DNA from: an uncultured candidatus Porisulfidus sp.
GTDB taxonomy: Bacteria; Pseudomonadota; Gammaproteobacteria; Poriferisulfidales; Oxydemutatoraceae
DNA length: 64,000 bases
Assembly (NCBI GenBank): GCA_965215125.1
Contig: OZ244052.1
Coordinates: forward strand, 2,112,001 to 2,176,000
Direction: 5' to 3'
The translations under genes and the position numbers were made by a program. This document shows positions 30,001-32,673 of this stretch, piece by piece (the first letter of the stretch is position 1; each line of letters begins with the position of its first letter). The notes beneath the pieces were generated by a model, which was not told the DNA's origin, did no database searches, and worked only from the letters and a program-made list of their open reading frames with translations.

Positions 30001-32673
30001 ACCTATAGCCTGCTAATAACCCGAGAGAGTAGTTCGGATACCGGATTGCGTTCGTTGACAATCGGCGGTGGTGCATTGCAACTAGACGACGCAACAACCG
30101 AATATACTGCGACCATAGCCGAGAATGTGGAGAATACCATCATGAGTGCGAGTGCGAGACATTCATCGGCAACACTAATCCTCCGTGAGCAAGGGGATAC
30201 TACTCGGGTTGACAGTAGATCACGCAGTGTAAGCAGACTAATCAACATAGCCGATACCGGGGATCGTAGGACTTTTGAAATCATCGTGACTGCCCAAAAC
30301 CGACGCACGACCCGAGCATATACCGTGCGAGTGAACCGCAATCCGAGTACCGATGTGAGCTTGAATATTGCTGTGGGCGGTACTCCTGCGCTTAGGCGGA
30401 CCGACGGAACTTATACTGCGAGTATAGGTGAGCGTACGACGAATACTACTGTGGTCTTAACCGCCGGTAACAGATTTGCCATGGTCGAAGTTATGGGAGA
30501 CGGCATTAGCTCCGAGAGCGACATCGGGCGTTTAAGCAAGCAAGTTGCTATAGACAACCCCGGAGAAACGAGCGAATTACGGATTACCGTGACTCCACAA
30601 GCCGCCGGTATCGAAGCGCAGGATTATACTTTGACGGTGCGTCGCGACCGGAGTACCGATGCGAGTTTATCCCGATTGGAATTGCTCCCGCAACCGCCGA
30701 GTTCGGGTAATCCGGTAATTTTTGATTCGGTAACCGATATGCTCGAACACGAATTTTCCGGTACTGTGAGCGGTGTCAAAATAAAACCGATCACCCATCC
30801 TTTTGCAAATAAAGTAGAGATGTTTAGACCGGGGAGTTCCGCCGCCGAAGTCATAGCCGCAGGTGCGGAGAGTTCGGAAATCGCTTTAGCACAAGGCGAG
30901 ACGACGACGATTACCATCGTGGTGACCGCACAAAACGAAACGACAACTAGACCCTATATCGTGCTATTAAGCCGTGTAAATTCAAATACCGAATTAGACG
31001 GTATTAGCGTGCTTCCCGGCAGATTAGACCGACCTTTTAGATCCGATTTGAGGAGTTATAGTGTAGAGGGTCTTAGAAGAACGCTTACACTGACGGTCAG
31101 TGCTAAGACCGATCAAACGGTCGTAGCTAACGACACAGTTCTAACCAGTAACATAAGCCGAAACTTTAACTTGGATTACGGAGCAAACACGATTAGGATT
31201 GTAGTGACCGCAGCCGACGGAGTGACAACCGGGGGCTATACCGTGACCGCAATTCGTCCGGTCATCTTGGATCGTTTAGTACTGAGGGGGCTTAAGTCCG
31301 CCAATGGAACCCCCGTTGATTATACTTTTGACTCCTTTATAAGAAACTATACGGTGACGGTTGCGAACGATAGTTCGGAACTCACCGTGATACCCAACTC
31401 GGACGATGACGATATCGTGTACACAATTTCCGAAGCAGGCAGAGAACTGACACAAACTAACGGCAGGGTTTCAATTCCATTCAATGTGAGACAGACTAAA
31501 GTCATTAGTATAGTATTGACGGCACCGAACGGAACGACAAATACCTATGTGGTGCGTGCGACCCGTGAAATAAGTAACAATGCCAACTTGGATGTTTTGA
31601 GGATATTACCGGACGGCGGCACGGCGACGAGCTTCGACAATCTGGCAACAAGCACGAGTTATGTGTATCGCATTGCTAATCCGATAGTCGGCGACAAAAT
31701 AACCGAGCTTCGTTTGGAAGCGCAAGTGGAGCATAGTAGTGCGACGATTATAAGCTATACCATAGACGGTCTTGCGGTAGACGGCGTATCATTGGGTACG
31801 CGTAGCATAAACGATACTATTTCCGTAGACGAAGGCGAAACGAAGGAAGGCAAAATCAAAGTGCTTGCCCAAGACGCAATGACGAGCAAGACCTATACGG
31901 TGACGATTATGCGGCAACCGAGCCGAGATACGCGGTTGAGTATGCTGGAAGTGTTGTCCGAAGCGGTGGCGGGATTTAGTTTCGATCCTGCGGTGGCTAA
32001 TCAACCAACCCGCTATTCTGTAGAACTGCCTAATGATATAGCGAATACAACCCTAACTGCGGTTGCCGATAATGTGCATGCAACGCTGACAATTAGAGAG
32101 GGGAGCAATGCCCCGAGTCCCGCTAATCGTCGGGCGGATATACCGATTACGATTGGCGAAGGAATGAATAAAGTATTCACTATCGTGGTGACCGCACAGG
32201 ATACCGAAGTGCCGATGGCAACTTATACCGTGACCGTATCGCGTGCCTCGGCAATGGATAGAACGACCTTAGGGTTTGCTCTCGCAATGAGCAATATTAC
32301 CCTTGAGACAGACCCCGACGACGACTCCGGAACCGTCTATATCGGCACATTGACGAATATTAATATTGAAAGCATCATAGCATCTGCATCGTCAACTGCT
32401 ACCGGTGTCGGTATTCAAAGTATCTGGTTAGGCGATGATCGTACAAATAACTATGTCAAAGACGATAATCCGGTGACCCTAGTCGCCGGTGCAGATCGTA
32501 TTGCTATTTCCGACGGTATCCCGTTGGAGCGGGGAGGTGTTCAAATTGTCATCGTAGTGAGACGTGCCGATAATACTGCCGACGGCTATACCGAGGCAAA
32601 TTATATTGCCAATGTACGAGGATCCGCATTACGCGTCCGCGTCAGAGTATTTCTGGAAGGCCCCCTGCAGTAG
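1..32673 (+). CDS. Giant repetitive surface/adhesin-like protein (>10,890 aa, 5'-truncated by the window): GLUG-motif beta-helix modules plus cadherin-like beta-sandwich and Ig-like domains
   Basis: Frame 1 is open from base 1 (RGGRGFADLKAPTAPATNASEVYYRWSTDDWDFGTNTEYPVL...), so the TTG at 172 is not the true start. It contains very many GGLVG / I.NSYA.G.V repeats, repeated FDGNGYTI.NL and WDFG..QYP.L motifs, and C-terminal L..L....F....Y...I.VTA.DG..YT..V.R repeats. Confidence 0.9.
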   Translation, partial: RGGRGFADLKAPTAPATNASEVYYRWSTDDWDFGTNTEYPVLEPSVRIETIAVNGYTLVPAFNPDASNYYVVVGEDPSTISMNVAASDADTEFTVSKIDDNSSVTITGSNDDIPINLNAAPATTVLSVANTYTVRIIRSLNAQMTINVPSKGVEEGQNIRLSVDNNIENLVPLIYTWKQISPNSPLLMGGIDTGITVAQPEFNIEIPGNFVPSGQIAHELLLSVTISDGFGNTAVASEKLAVIKLNNGTADSLPRLGFIADTSILQSPDALQIIAADPDGEALSDAAQNLLYQWQFNETGISDWTDIDDANGAVLDIGKHDAPHARYRLRINYRDGQGYGDRLISAPTIPIVDKDRDGLIEIYYLEDLNAIRFQVNGSGYRASAEDKKITGGCPDAGCIGYELALDLDFEDDNSYRNLANKAGWTVSDFSNILDRGWTNIYQGTIGFPSIFEGNGHTLYNLQMNVTGGTTGVSLFANNSGVIRNFGIEDLKIGGLGTAPSIAGLSGDNTGKIINCYVRGEINTGNVNVLGGLSGGNTGGGEIINSHASLNIVSSGNHRSILGRGILVGYAERSRIINSYATGKLTITRHTGTGGLVGTAFNNSEIINSYAIVDIVSTAEVTDSIGALVGRLRGNNNKIINSYAMGSVTYIGNLATNIGGLVGFVEGNGTIRNSYSVAEVVTNSRSATTGGLIGRNNSNMPIVSSYWDTMTSGQAGGQPVNRFGRGKPTTEMQRGSAQSTDANGVYHNWNNENWDFGTARQYPVLKYIPHPALSGEPTCDAPGLPDCGTLISPALRYGLENLEADIGTLNPPFIAGGYYLGDVEIADLSTRRIRLIATTVEDDAVVNIYAADGQTLLQSGLLGGEPSMAFTFADAEPTRRFVLEVKGSRTIRQSVALTRVVAPTPPEVSGVKGCSELADFAQVSYLEELNEVRNNLRGKYCLTRNLDFQDDASYLDLDNRQTWTVDNFGNSGDIGWQPIGGAFNGVFDGNGYTIRNLQINRDNISRVGLFNAIGTGGTVRNLILGNIRVEAHRTAVLWAGGLAGDNNGTILNSGIIGGKVEGDGSASGQPNFIGGLVGRNNGAGVNIGDIYNSFVVDTVVGVITGTNPDSHNVGGLVGRNINGGEVHNSYAEVVARGYCHVGGLVGNQFTSNRGNADTISTIRNSYADVTLTALSGTCRIGEARAKLVGFNNASDIINSYARGTPVGTGLIGGRVGTFDITRSYWDSGPSNLGNLSRSSAQLRSPIGPNATSPELYTNWSTADWDFGTDTQYPILKHASGRNNNACGSTVTPACGTLISPQQRYGLSSLVLAGADTLSPAFDPNLLKYSATVTNDDDGIIRLTPTIKGTDAVFRVYIDDDKERPRFDLKNGDSSNDITLVHGNNRIIVEVDPRVSGVEAFRYTLDLYSLRYGVEDLYSSRIKDSRSSFIEIDSLEDLHAIRDNLGGSYRLTRDLDFRNDASYDNPTMNKAAWTVDDFADSADTGWQPIGDTFTGTFDGNGYTISNLQMNRAADNQGLFASIGSTGVVRNLGLIGVNINGGSSNSIGSLVGNNRGTIIASYAAGKVSGSLRVGGLVGNHIEGLIANSYAAVNVSGSQFIGGLVGRNTARILNSYAIGKVSGSSNFHGLVGVRSVGSSIINSASGAGSIGATFSYIQNSVVGSTLTCGAIGLPNCEDPIAPQLRHGLRNLTLETGRMSPAFRVNLPQYVGAVNAEDNAIRLIPTARDPDADITIYLITDQGRTQIGNIIGSGDTAAPILIMHDSVARVVIEVDPSTADAPVVQYLLHLRLLPPTDIENLEDLYAIRDNPDGIYRLARHLDFLDAASYRSGVVGTAWTVDDFDNSADTGWLPIGDTFNGIFDGNGYTIRNLQINRDNTDRVGLFGTVGADGTIKNLILRDIRVEAHRTGELYAGGLVGDNNGMILNSGVIGAQVEGAGSVSGESNLIGGLVGRNDGSIANIGDIYNSFVVDAEVGVIEGTAPDSHSVGGLVGGNIHGGEIHNSHTEGTVNGHCHLGGLVGNQFTADRSDADRISTIENSYANVTLTQPSGTCRITFARGKLIGLNDRSDIANSYARGLPGNVGLIGLSMNGGTLSDSYWDAGTSSQGGISRTSTQLQSPTDARGIYGNWSADNWYFGTATEYPTLKYTQNPDDRGSPACDGAGLPACGDRIVPRLRYVSLRDLTVVDGELFPVFDAADYSYSGIVASSDAVIRLSPVANDLAAEIKIYLVDRTDRMQLGRVIGSGDTSDPIRLNRYNSNHIIVEIRPSASGVPAVEYPLYLQYRRASEIESLEDLYAIRNNLNGAYRLSKNLDFDDDASYRFPEFKANWTVDNYNDAADLGWIPIGDETKPFTGSFDGNGYTISNLQINNNDESIYKGLFGVVGRSATVRNLGLLDAEIEVIQVREGEDLFVNPGVGVGTLTGKNDGTVIDSYAHGVIRGDVGLGGLVGFNSRSGEILNSYAVCTITARGVDIGGLVGYSEGRIGNSYAAGIITGSSFRVGGLLGVGLSASVLYNSYADSFISSIGSVGGLIGFDEEGGARDVYASGIVSGIRDDTGGLVGVSEAGRYINSYSISEVAGGVEDGTNISLEGGLFSRTNRATIENSYFADSSLPIVVDSPEVNLRNINSSVFTPAELRAATAQSTNASDVYYRWSDDNWDFGDTTQYPVLRYAPNVGGRTTACDGDGLPNCGDVIPRRALSALRIVDGKGRFDSFVFDPRYRFHSGVIESSTDMTQLVAVAASTDARITFVSFDTSGNETGRSTPMRSGREGVLSADISLSETEATHVAIEVITPGSVDRYHLSLRYRHIPVDQDDNFYTKIDTLDDLNAIRNNLDGSYLLTRHLDFNDDASYRNPSFKNSWTVADFADNADFGWIPIGSTNNGFTGTFDGNGYTISGLQINRDNSSNQGLFAFIGDNGIVRDLGLLDVKIDAGNTVGALAANSRGTIIGSFVVGEITARGIYAGGLVGLAQSATDYIINSYAVVNIEAVGSGAKSGYGGLVGVSLGDTRIINSFAHGTIVGSIDDAGGLFGSTFLSSRVKTIQNSYATVDIRANNKAGGLVGLSAANDSIVNSYATGSVHADTNVGGGLVGSIEGDTFFNNVVDKSYAISGVTGGSNLGGLIGATSGTRVTVDNSYWDIQTNRLDTSAGGTGRTTTELQSPITNSGIYSSWSTADWDFGNARQYPILKYTQNSETGDARACDGDGLPNCGNPISPQIRNGLKDLTLAGGVELSPPFGIKHSSLIGGYSGSVNANPIRIIPTAMQDNANINIYIDTVNDKRRPDQRIIKDVFGFSDAISAPITLREDGINRIVLEIVGTETVYYPLYIRYIGDSMSATDRNGDGFIDIYYLEHLAEIRNNLGGTYKLMRDLDFEDPDSYLAGAINRQWVVRDFGNTTDTGWTPIGSHTGRFNGTFDGNGFVISNLQINRDDTNDQGLFGNIDSNAVVSDLGLSDLTIEGDQYLGAFGGTNRGIIIGSHATGSVKGNQYVGGLVGDNLEAARIINSYAAVNVGGESTVGGLVARSDALIINSYATGTVSGERSLGGLVGLQRNGQIGNSYATGDVSTGVVNEGNNTFEFVGGLVGLKDVNGEIRDSYATGSVGGVNTARVGGLAGRSAGNTARISNSYATGSVVGSGGSQGGLVGEGASITVRDGYWNNQTSGLDASAAGTGKTTMELQLPTMATGIYANWSIDNWDFGSSIEYPILKYIRNPDSNGRRICNGNGLPNCGDLIGGQIRDGRLPIDRDANGFTEIYYLDNLHAIGTSTSTLAGRYELMRDLNFDDPSSYFAGEINRDWVVVDFANTTDTGWLPIGGITTPFTGEFNGNGYTIERLQINRSGQNNQGLFGVIDSSGVVRNLGLSNLRVAAGSRIGGIAGTLRGKIVNSYATGAVSGVGDVGGIVGVAAGTGVIVNSRSGIRLSATGINAGGMLGRCNNGCTILNSFAVGSVAGIGTNEDNIGGFVGRAEATSNIGNNYAWVDVSGGPFQTLLKVNANGGFFGALSINNNNVSVNANYSIGPSSLAYAGRQRSIVATINIARANYYNSDTVEPNSAPSPQVFAGRTMRQLRTPTEAGRNSGQIYYRWSPADWDFGTEMQYPLLKYTAATDVLGRSACRSAGDAPSRLPMCGTLIAPKTRYGLSALTARYAQLTTPFDDALSDIGGAYYTTVLNDVPRMRLVATTREATATYSVYIGGVRTPENMDIENGAISGEIVLAADGTTEVVIVVHGTRTVRYTLYLDYRFETSIDADNDGLVDLHYLEDVAMVHLNYQREIGYRRGGELNTLGCPNGVCRGYELMRDLDFNDPASYRDPARNGVMRRWTGQGWDSPNLSNAVFKGNGYEISNLKVTANISRNDAFFHLAFGTDIDGLGLVNVDISADNAADPHSVELAGLVGTFVNQIDNRGTIRNSYVIGDIRGAGSANISGLTYRAVGYSVSNSYFIGTLRLLGNNRRDNVIVSANGLVTSSAGFSSDSLGNSRAIGRIETAIENELIDTAMLGVDSTRSLNIGNSYASMLMTRAGVAQGNLSNSLARITNSYFDRDIARVDVPASRASSGAELRATTMTGIFADWDADDWDFGGAGQSPVIKYNSDECQRARHDNPLCGKILPHQGSLMERFELLGNAGLSRPFDFAIFNDYEIVVGADQQGLRFVAEAFAPNADIVVYKTTTDAEVVRVKSGADTPPIALNTVGDTLLDVVVEEGEDRKSFRYRFNVSRLNERIDLAAVDGDDGFIDIATPEQLNAMRHSLNGSFYRASRNGSRVYCRIGCRGYELTADIDLAGIDWQPIGRNGARFNTHFKGNGYVISNLTIHDPAFDEIGMFAYLGVDARLEDIHLRDASIRSSRFRNTIATLAVRNYGTIFNGRTENADILVGGNFGGGALVYENFGRIINSGAVGGMINHRSGAAGLVRLNRGTIKDSFATIAINNLSNRVGSGLVSRNFSGGEIDNSYAQSIISGNNVTIAGLVDNNEGLINNSYAINGPLVRTASGSLEVENSYWDRDTAAPGATSAGGAARTTIELQLADREKNSTDNVYNTWDTEQWHFGNADQYPTVLYHGTGLCTQPTEAQLQSCDTLVSAGLSQADRALVCRDRLLRNRADPPYCGALVPYQNRRGLIGLELPTDTRLVPEFSPEVESYNLMTSGTITVFHTTPTAYYHTDTVTFKVGNTEQIVADNTRTEEITVNRADVDAVTLSVRSAADTTRTYTINLRSPDYQDDIDIRLSALDNLKLFPDFNKNTADYHLIAYSDTDRVRLTTTATDPLGFVPSIEITADNGLSPVVLEGVGVAEVVLNPDAVTEITVVVSGQQRYRFEYRIVVERLPFRSRLDGSNLIDKDGNGLIEIDYLEQLDAMRYGLDGRGYSYAVETTTTLIKINSGCPAGGCRGYELTKDLSFLDDASYIDAQRAMPLWTEGTGWQPIGDFSNPFTAEFIADGYTISGLRINRRNTDNIGLFGVVSNAKIRGIGVLNAELRGASNVGILAGSSRESSNIINSYATGTVRAVNNGGGLIGVYQGNIVHSHANVSVEVNATAGGLVGELLPGNIRKSHVSGAVYSFSGIAGGLVGEVENATISDSYATATINASRSGGLVGSVTSHSPEAVGVRINNSYAIGVNRSAQSAGLVLNVLNVPIEVNYSYWDVDTSGVRNGLGGTSRTTVELQSTTTEIYNNWRSEIWDFGNNMQYPRLKYTTATDTLGSPPICRSASDISSRLPVCDELLPDQYIGLTDLVFSSEVLQLIPAFNSNIYDYTLVLKADETGFHTTPTYVGTVYRLSVDNNDLGNLASGTASSRIPVTASGSTRIELGKGGVVYTFTALRHPYLRINDMDVDDDGLIEIRNRTELDAMRYQPDGSGYRSPTVNEKISVGCPPVTGCVGYELAASIDLSGADWDPVGRINPATLDCSDGNSRCFAAIFDGNRALGYEISGLSIATPNRDNVGLFAHLSADAEILNLTLSDVSVAGWGGVGALAGYNAGIVRNVQVAGEVDGESDVGGVIGYNVGRLSSVRADPIRVVGNNIEGGYGELIGGLVGRSLGGSIVDSGATGEVIGRAFVGGLVGESDGLIEGSFADAVVIDTGASDGESYAIGGLVGYNTDKIYNSYAGGSVSGSSSVGGLVGINYQSFNNEGRIVNSYAIGSVLGINAIGGLVGRNEHNGKVSASYALGEVSGDVRVGGLVGLNFGTLVNTYATGATNSKQKVGGLVGDNLNTSDRSIVNSYAIGRVSDVSESGGLVGFNLRYSDIRSIRHSYWNLETAGVIDSRLGIGQTTVALLTPTAATGIYANWDTNLWDFGTSEHYPQLRYGRGDDSDNPACGGGGQPTCGSVRSYGLSDLQVLGSVLFSPRFTTPRLRYRIAAYVELSGSLRLIPHATDPDSMITIAYNGNEINVADGAVSDPIVLNPGVDDAIIVSVRNTGGTIEYILEIDYSGFDSDRILADSDGDGLIEITTLDDLYAVRYGLDGSAYIHILPDGELLPIAEGCPTTPTVGCKGYELTRDLDFRDAASYRSGVVNTKWADNWNPIGDDDNQFNAVFDGNGYYLRNLSLRGTRTKDAIGLFHTLGRNAEVKNLRLRGVNIYDVIGRAFNSRRAEKQGSLAGENRGRIYDVGVSDITALVGSSYNRRALKQSRFGGLVGVNRGGEISHSFAQVYIYSFSPHSGIFGDIVGGLVGRNDRGAKIKNSYATGAISGHCRLGGLVGEHVSANRNTAENISTIENSYARVNTNKVLNVKCIDEVFNVEGFVQGFGGLVGFMDQADIVNSYAAARQSGGVLGLIGRVRGTASAANSYWDNILNDKQSASTGVGETTAFGGQTTAVLQGTTTTIGIYASWNSDDWDFGTDEQYPTLKAADGSIAMQILDDSLVRNVEVRNAVIAKINDITRDFNHSRNSNRYAIYVDSTRLPLAITFITTPTVPGLETTLYCGDVRCPLVGIGDTLMLGHSDIQEITLAAGAGNRVMRYYFDIVREDLTLDNVTTINLKEGDTFTVSGDYAGNSDINWSQIAGPTIGIADANSLNLKLIPQVNLIANDSEHSDVRFRLAVSVDDKNGNPQVYLGREISARINKVNNGPITGDITLALNNDKITVTENLSDIDGSLTNAVRQFQRRSIGGNWADTNLTGSGLEYTAPREAIDYQYRLIGTYIDGQGYRDPVVSNTIIVPAISISLLSDTDNDSVANDDDIDDDNDGLIEIRYLEDLNAIRYQLDGSGYRASASADLNTRGCPNTGCFGYELTRNLNFTAAGAYRSGVVNGAWTVSDGQFTTTAEGWQPIGGAFNATFNGNGYFIARMSISRSSVGTRSNVGLFSEIGANGKIENLVIDFPAIKGLAGVKNVGSITGLLRRGGVIRNSDVYGTRDAGSSLRVIRTDRGSVGGLVGVNEGYILNSGARINVSVQDSDSTISNNGNVTVGGLVGRNRNGGRIHNSFYARGEIVGHCIAGGLVGSQETAGGSGDAISEIKNSYVFHDSRVLMRNASCTTRYLGGLVGRHLNGKSIIADSYAGGRAYALSLTPGGGSQCNGQGSFGRIANVQAQTDIRIAGLLNYTPGTDRVPTNSYWRREPYACVQSVPVFGAFVPIDTLAVTQADIGNRRSENNLRNPTAPCLSSSCTTYEDWNADDWDFGTDAQYALLRYTEGTNSADPACDFNDRTPLPRCGAFLSGQPNRNLVSPRLPTLSVIPPQAVIGYTLNGVSSVLNTLNTLTLNEGDTLSLDAGNSFSSDTAALNYRWKQTSGPELLSGTNAKSMIRFNVRNDLLPMATDRGRAIIRLEVLKRDNPGLSAFEYITINIIKTNRIGSGSVYWVDTSLIAPTEIIDADGTPITDIGYQWQRRMSGSLVDIAEETEAIYRVPDNAVNGEYRLKLSYTDGQGYADTIFISAPTYSPTRTVDTDADGLIDIFYIEQLNAIRYQLGGTSYKASMNATPNTKGCPSGSCKGYELLRDLDFDEPDSYSNTASNVVERWNDWDPIGTVVNRHQGFCSGSNQCFTGIFEGNEYTISNIRIRDGAFSTGVGFFAAVSGTAEIRRVRMAKVDVLGGFAVGTLVGGFAGGKIIDSHVLSGLVRANREDGGCLVGEVRGTNVEISNSSARCDLIGSVRLGGLVGMGNPTISNSFATGTMKLEFNNERGEEIGYGGLIGVLTQSGSIENSSSTMSITTEAARQNSSGFEHGLGGLAGITKTNTSIKNSYATGDMTARRPNFNNIRVGGLVGISVSDISGSYATGNVNRFGNDVINIMGGLVGENKGAISDSYATGNVRGNDKIGGLVGVNEGTVNNSYAIGDVTGGLSIGGLAGEMSGNISNSHATGKISINAGNNITLRAGGLIGDIRTGTVSNSYASGILSTSASNGAGLGGLVGYNNDPGTINNSYAAVSFRAAGANRGGLVGSNVSGNGISNSYSISEGLSDIRGRGLVNFNIGRSQRSYWDIDRSGQFSDGSGGTLGFSSEILKLMSVPGVNRHPYINWSTEHWDSGTTEQYPAIRYHDSTCSTNTPSANCRNILPRQRLGLRDLRFTQIGGRRQLQISPSFNNAVIKNDFDREAIENYTVLVDSKTSGIEISATASDPAGMITINGSSMSVGSANYVLVPDFPDAMTLNISVSQPYEITGKENLDVEYHLTLGTFPEINTITRNAAENEHAQSLSDSVPIREGHFITLTGRFIDLDGDDLRYEWTVDETQVSLLDRAALNGVVAGGSGNAALSFYLREDFIAADRSSETVRASLTVSDSDGSTVVREQSFVVVKYDNGTIDGISTPTRIGLIYTAPALDRVQLAEDPDGAGNPNDIRYRWQQQLDGSWSDVVNGSLGSYTIGGAIADYYRVVLNYSDGQGYRKDIVSAPVPASPEFVREVIPTSEGGSLEVFLDAAGLTPEFQRTREEYDVPSDTDSVDIVVISRSDAVYVNNMRIQGRVTTADLDYGDNKIIVELRGEDSSTRSYTIYRAYDVSLHRWGVAWQGVSPQTLDFLGTDLEPDPPVRISNDVDSITVTARVNELIDITIRSAGSTVGSITTSTQADELVAQAKISDLALGEHSIEFLLTSPDRRSTASHIVKVWRRYSSRLKNLSVVGMQPSIFNPERLEYFVSIPNHWEALNLNFETNERATLFVQGASISGGSTVATNLRIGRNTVPIRVTAPREQDTIYTIIVMRRYNLDLRSLSLTDLQMTPVALSPAFASTRHTYTAVVAAETSRVTVTFATDLELRSSVKAPGPVTVNEKTIQNNDPDDRIEKTTSIPLSFGENTIVIETSALGQRQATTLTVTRLRSSNAELRSLQLRDTENTDLLAGVFATDTLSYDIDVANDNNFIALILGPQDDNVSGITWNGVPLSLSGLKTTGLVTSPSRRLAIGENEIKLKIIAHNEMSSQTYTLRIDRAPSSNARLDSFQITPFSEGVPNPPVSPQNFNAETLSYTLPKQENEINCITVTPVAVDDEATLEITKNGDIPETDYFAGKNNRESSGCIDLNIGENTIVIQVTASDKTTVRPYTISIARKASSNTDLSAPPTVSGTTATRVIGTDNYTAMLDRNTTSFSVSVATAHPNATVLIRTTDNDEAGPSRTASIDSIPISVAEPVQEITIIVTAQDGTPKEYTLTVRLILNMDASLERITVAGTPAVRQADGTYTATVGDNVANVSVTAVARDSLATVEIKEVGTTPTSGTRSATKRVSLAETGDSKTIEIEVTAQDVRIVENYPLTITRAESSNDCLEALAILNSADNSRAAGRTLGSCNDTKQSFNIANSVARILIQATAENNRANITVRVPGDTAGEQVSSGENSTKAVAVPEGGTTTITAVVTAQNGATSRTYTVAVKRAASSDTDLKNLQVLANNVNQLTTFSSEKETHDVDVSNAITRATVIIETHSQAKIKLNIDGAEDIATGTGMISTEFELKGTGTTNRIRVRIVITPQDESTTRGYTVFVTRADPDSTNADLGTIGFEVDRDQDGTYTPLPVTVTAPEEEGSTTYSALIRGIAGLEVQNIIRIRVSPRAFDGAATVSINGGTAVSAPSLNLMLDAALDQEEEAISIKVIAENPTTSRTYSLLITRESSSDTGLRSLTIGGGALQLDDATTEYTATIAENVENTIMSASARHSSATLILREQGDTTRVDSRSRSVSRLINIADTGDRRTFEIIVTAQNRRTTRAYTVRVNRNPSTDVSLNIAVGGTPALRRTDGTYTASIGERTTNTTVVLTAGNRFAMVEVMGDGISSESDIGRLSKQVAIDNPGETSELRITVTPQAAGIEAQDYTLTVRRDRSTDASLSRLELLPQPPSSGNPVIFDSVTDMLEHEFSGTVSGVKIKPITHPFANKVEMFRPGSSAAEVIAAGAESSEIALAQGETTTITIVVTAQNETTTRPYIVLLSRVNSNTELDGISVLPGRLDRPFRSDLRSYSVEGLRRTLTLTVSAKTDQTVVANDTVLTSNISRNFNLDYGANTIRIVVTAADGVTTGGYTVTAIRPVILDRLVLRGLKSANGTPVDYTFDSFIRNYTVTVANDSSELTVIPNSDDDDIVYTISEAGRELTQTNGRVSIPFNVRQTKVISIVLTAPNGTTNTYVVRATREISNNANLDVLRILPDGGTATSFDNLATSTSYVYRIANPIVGDKITELRLEAQVEHSSATIISYTIDGLAVDGVSLGTRSINDTISVDEGETKEGKIKVLAQDAMTSKTYTVTIMRQPSRDTRLSMLEVLSEAVAGFSFDPAVANQPTRYSVELPNDIANTTLTAVADNVHATLTIREGSNAPSPANRRADIPITIGEGMNKVFTIVVTAQDTEVPMATYTVTVSRASAMDRTTLGFALAMSNITLETDPDDDSGTVYIGTLTNINIESIIASASSTATGVGIQSIWLGDDRTNNYVKDDNPVTLVAGADRIAISDGIPLERGGVQIVIVVRRADNTADGYTEANYIANVRGSALRVRVRVFLEGPLQ
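1057..25400 (+). repeat. About 15 dispersed GLUG beta-helix modules of ~350-600 aa inside the giant ORF
   Basis: Module heads (I..LE.L.A.R...Y.L..DLDF) begin near 1057, 2760, 4285, 5375, 6850, 8420, 10000, 11215, 12720, 14160, 15975, 17450, 19270, 21490 and 23590. W[DYH][FS]G..[QE]YP-like caps lie near 91, 2257, 3787, 6388, 7960, 9514, 11068, 12247, 13705, 15103, 16996, 18829, 20455, 22792 and 25324. Confidence 0.85.
26470..32628 (+). repeat. About 19 tandem ~100-aa cadherin-like beta-sandwich repeats (stalk region of the giant ORF)
   Basis: A terminal motif I.VTA.[DN]...YT..V.R..S.[ND] recurs about every 300 bp from ~26700 to ~32610 (19 counted by eye). The pattern resembles the Pfam Cadherin-like beta-sandwich family. 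Confidence 0.75.

Noticed and set aside
207-32004. Dozens of short antisense or alternate-frame ORFs inside the giant gene
   Set aside because: They are shadows of the repetitive coding strand (for example recurring PTKPP / ADQAT from antisense GGLVG) and have no independent protein features.
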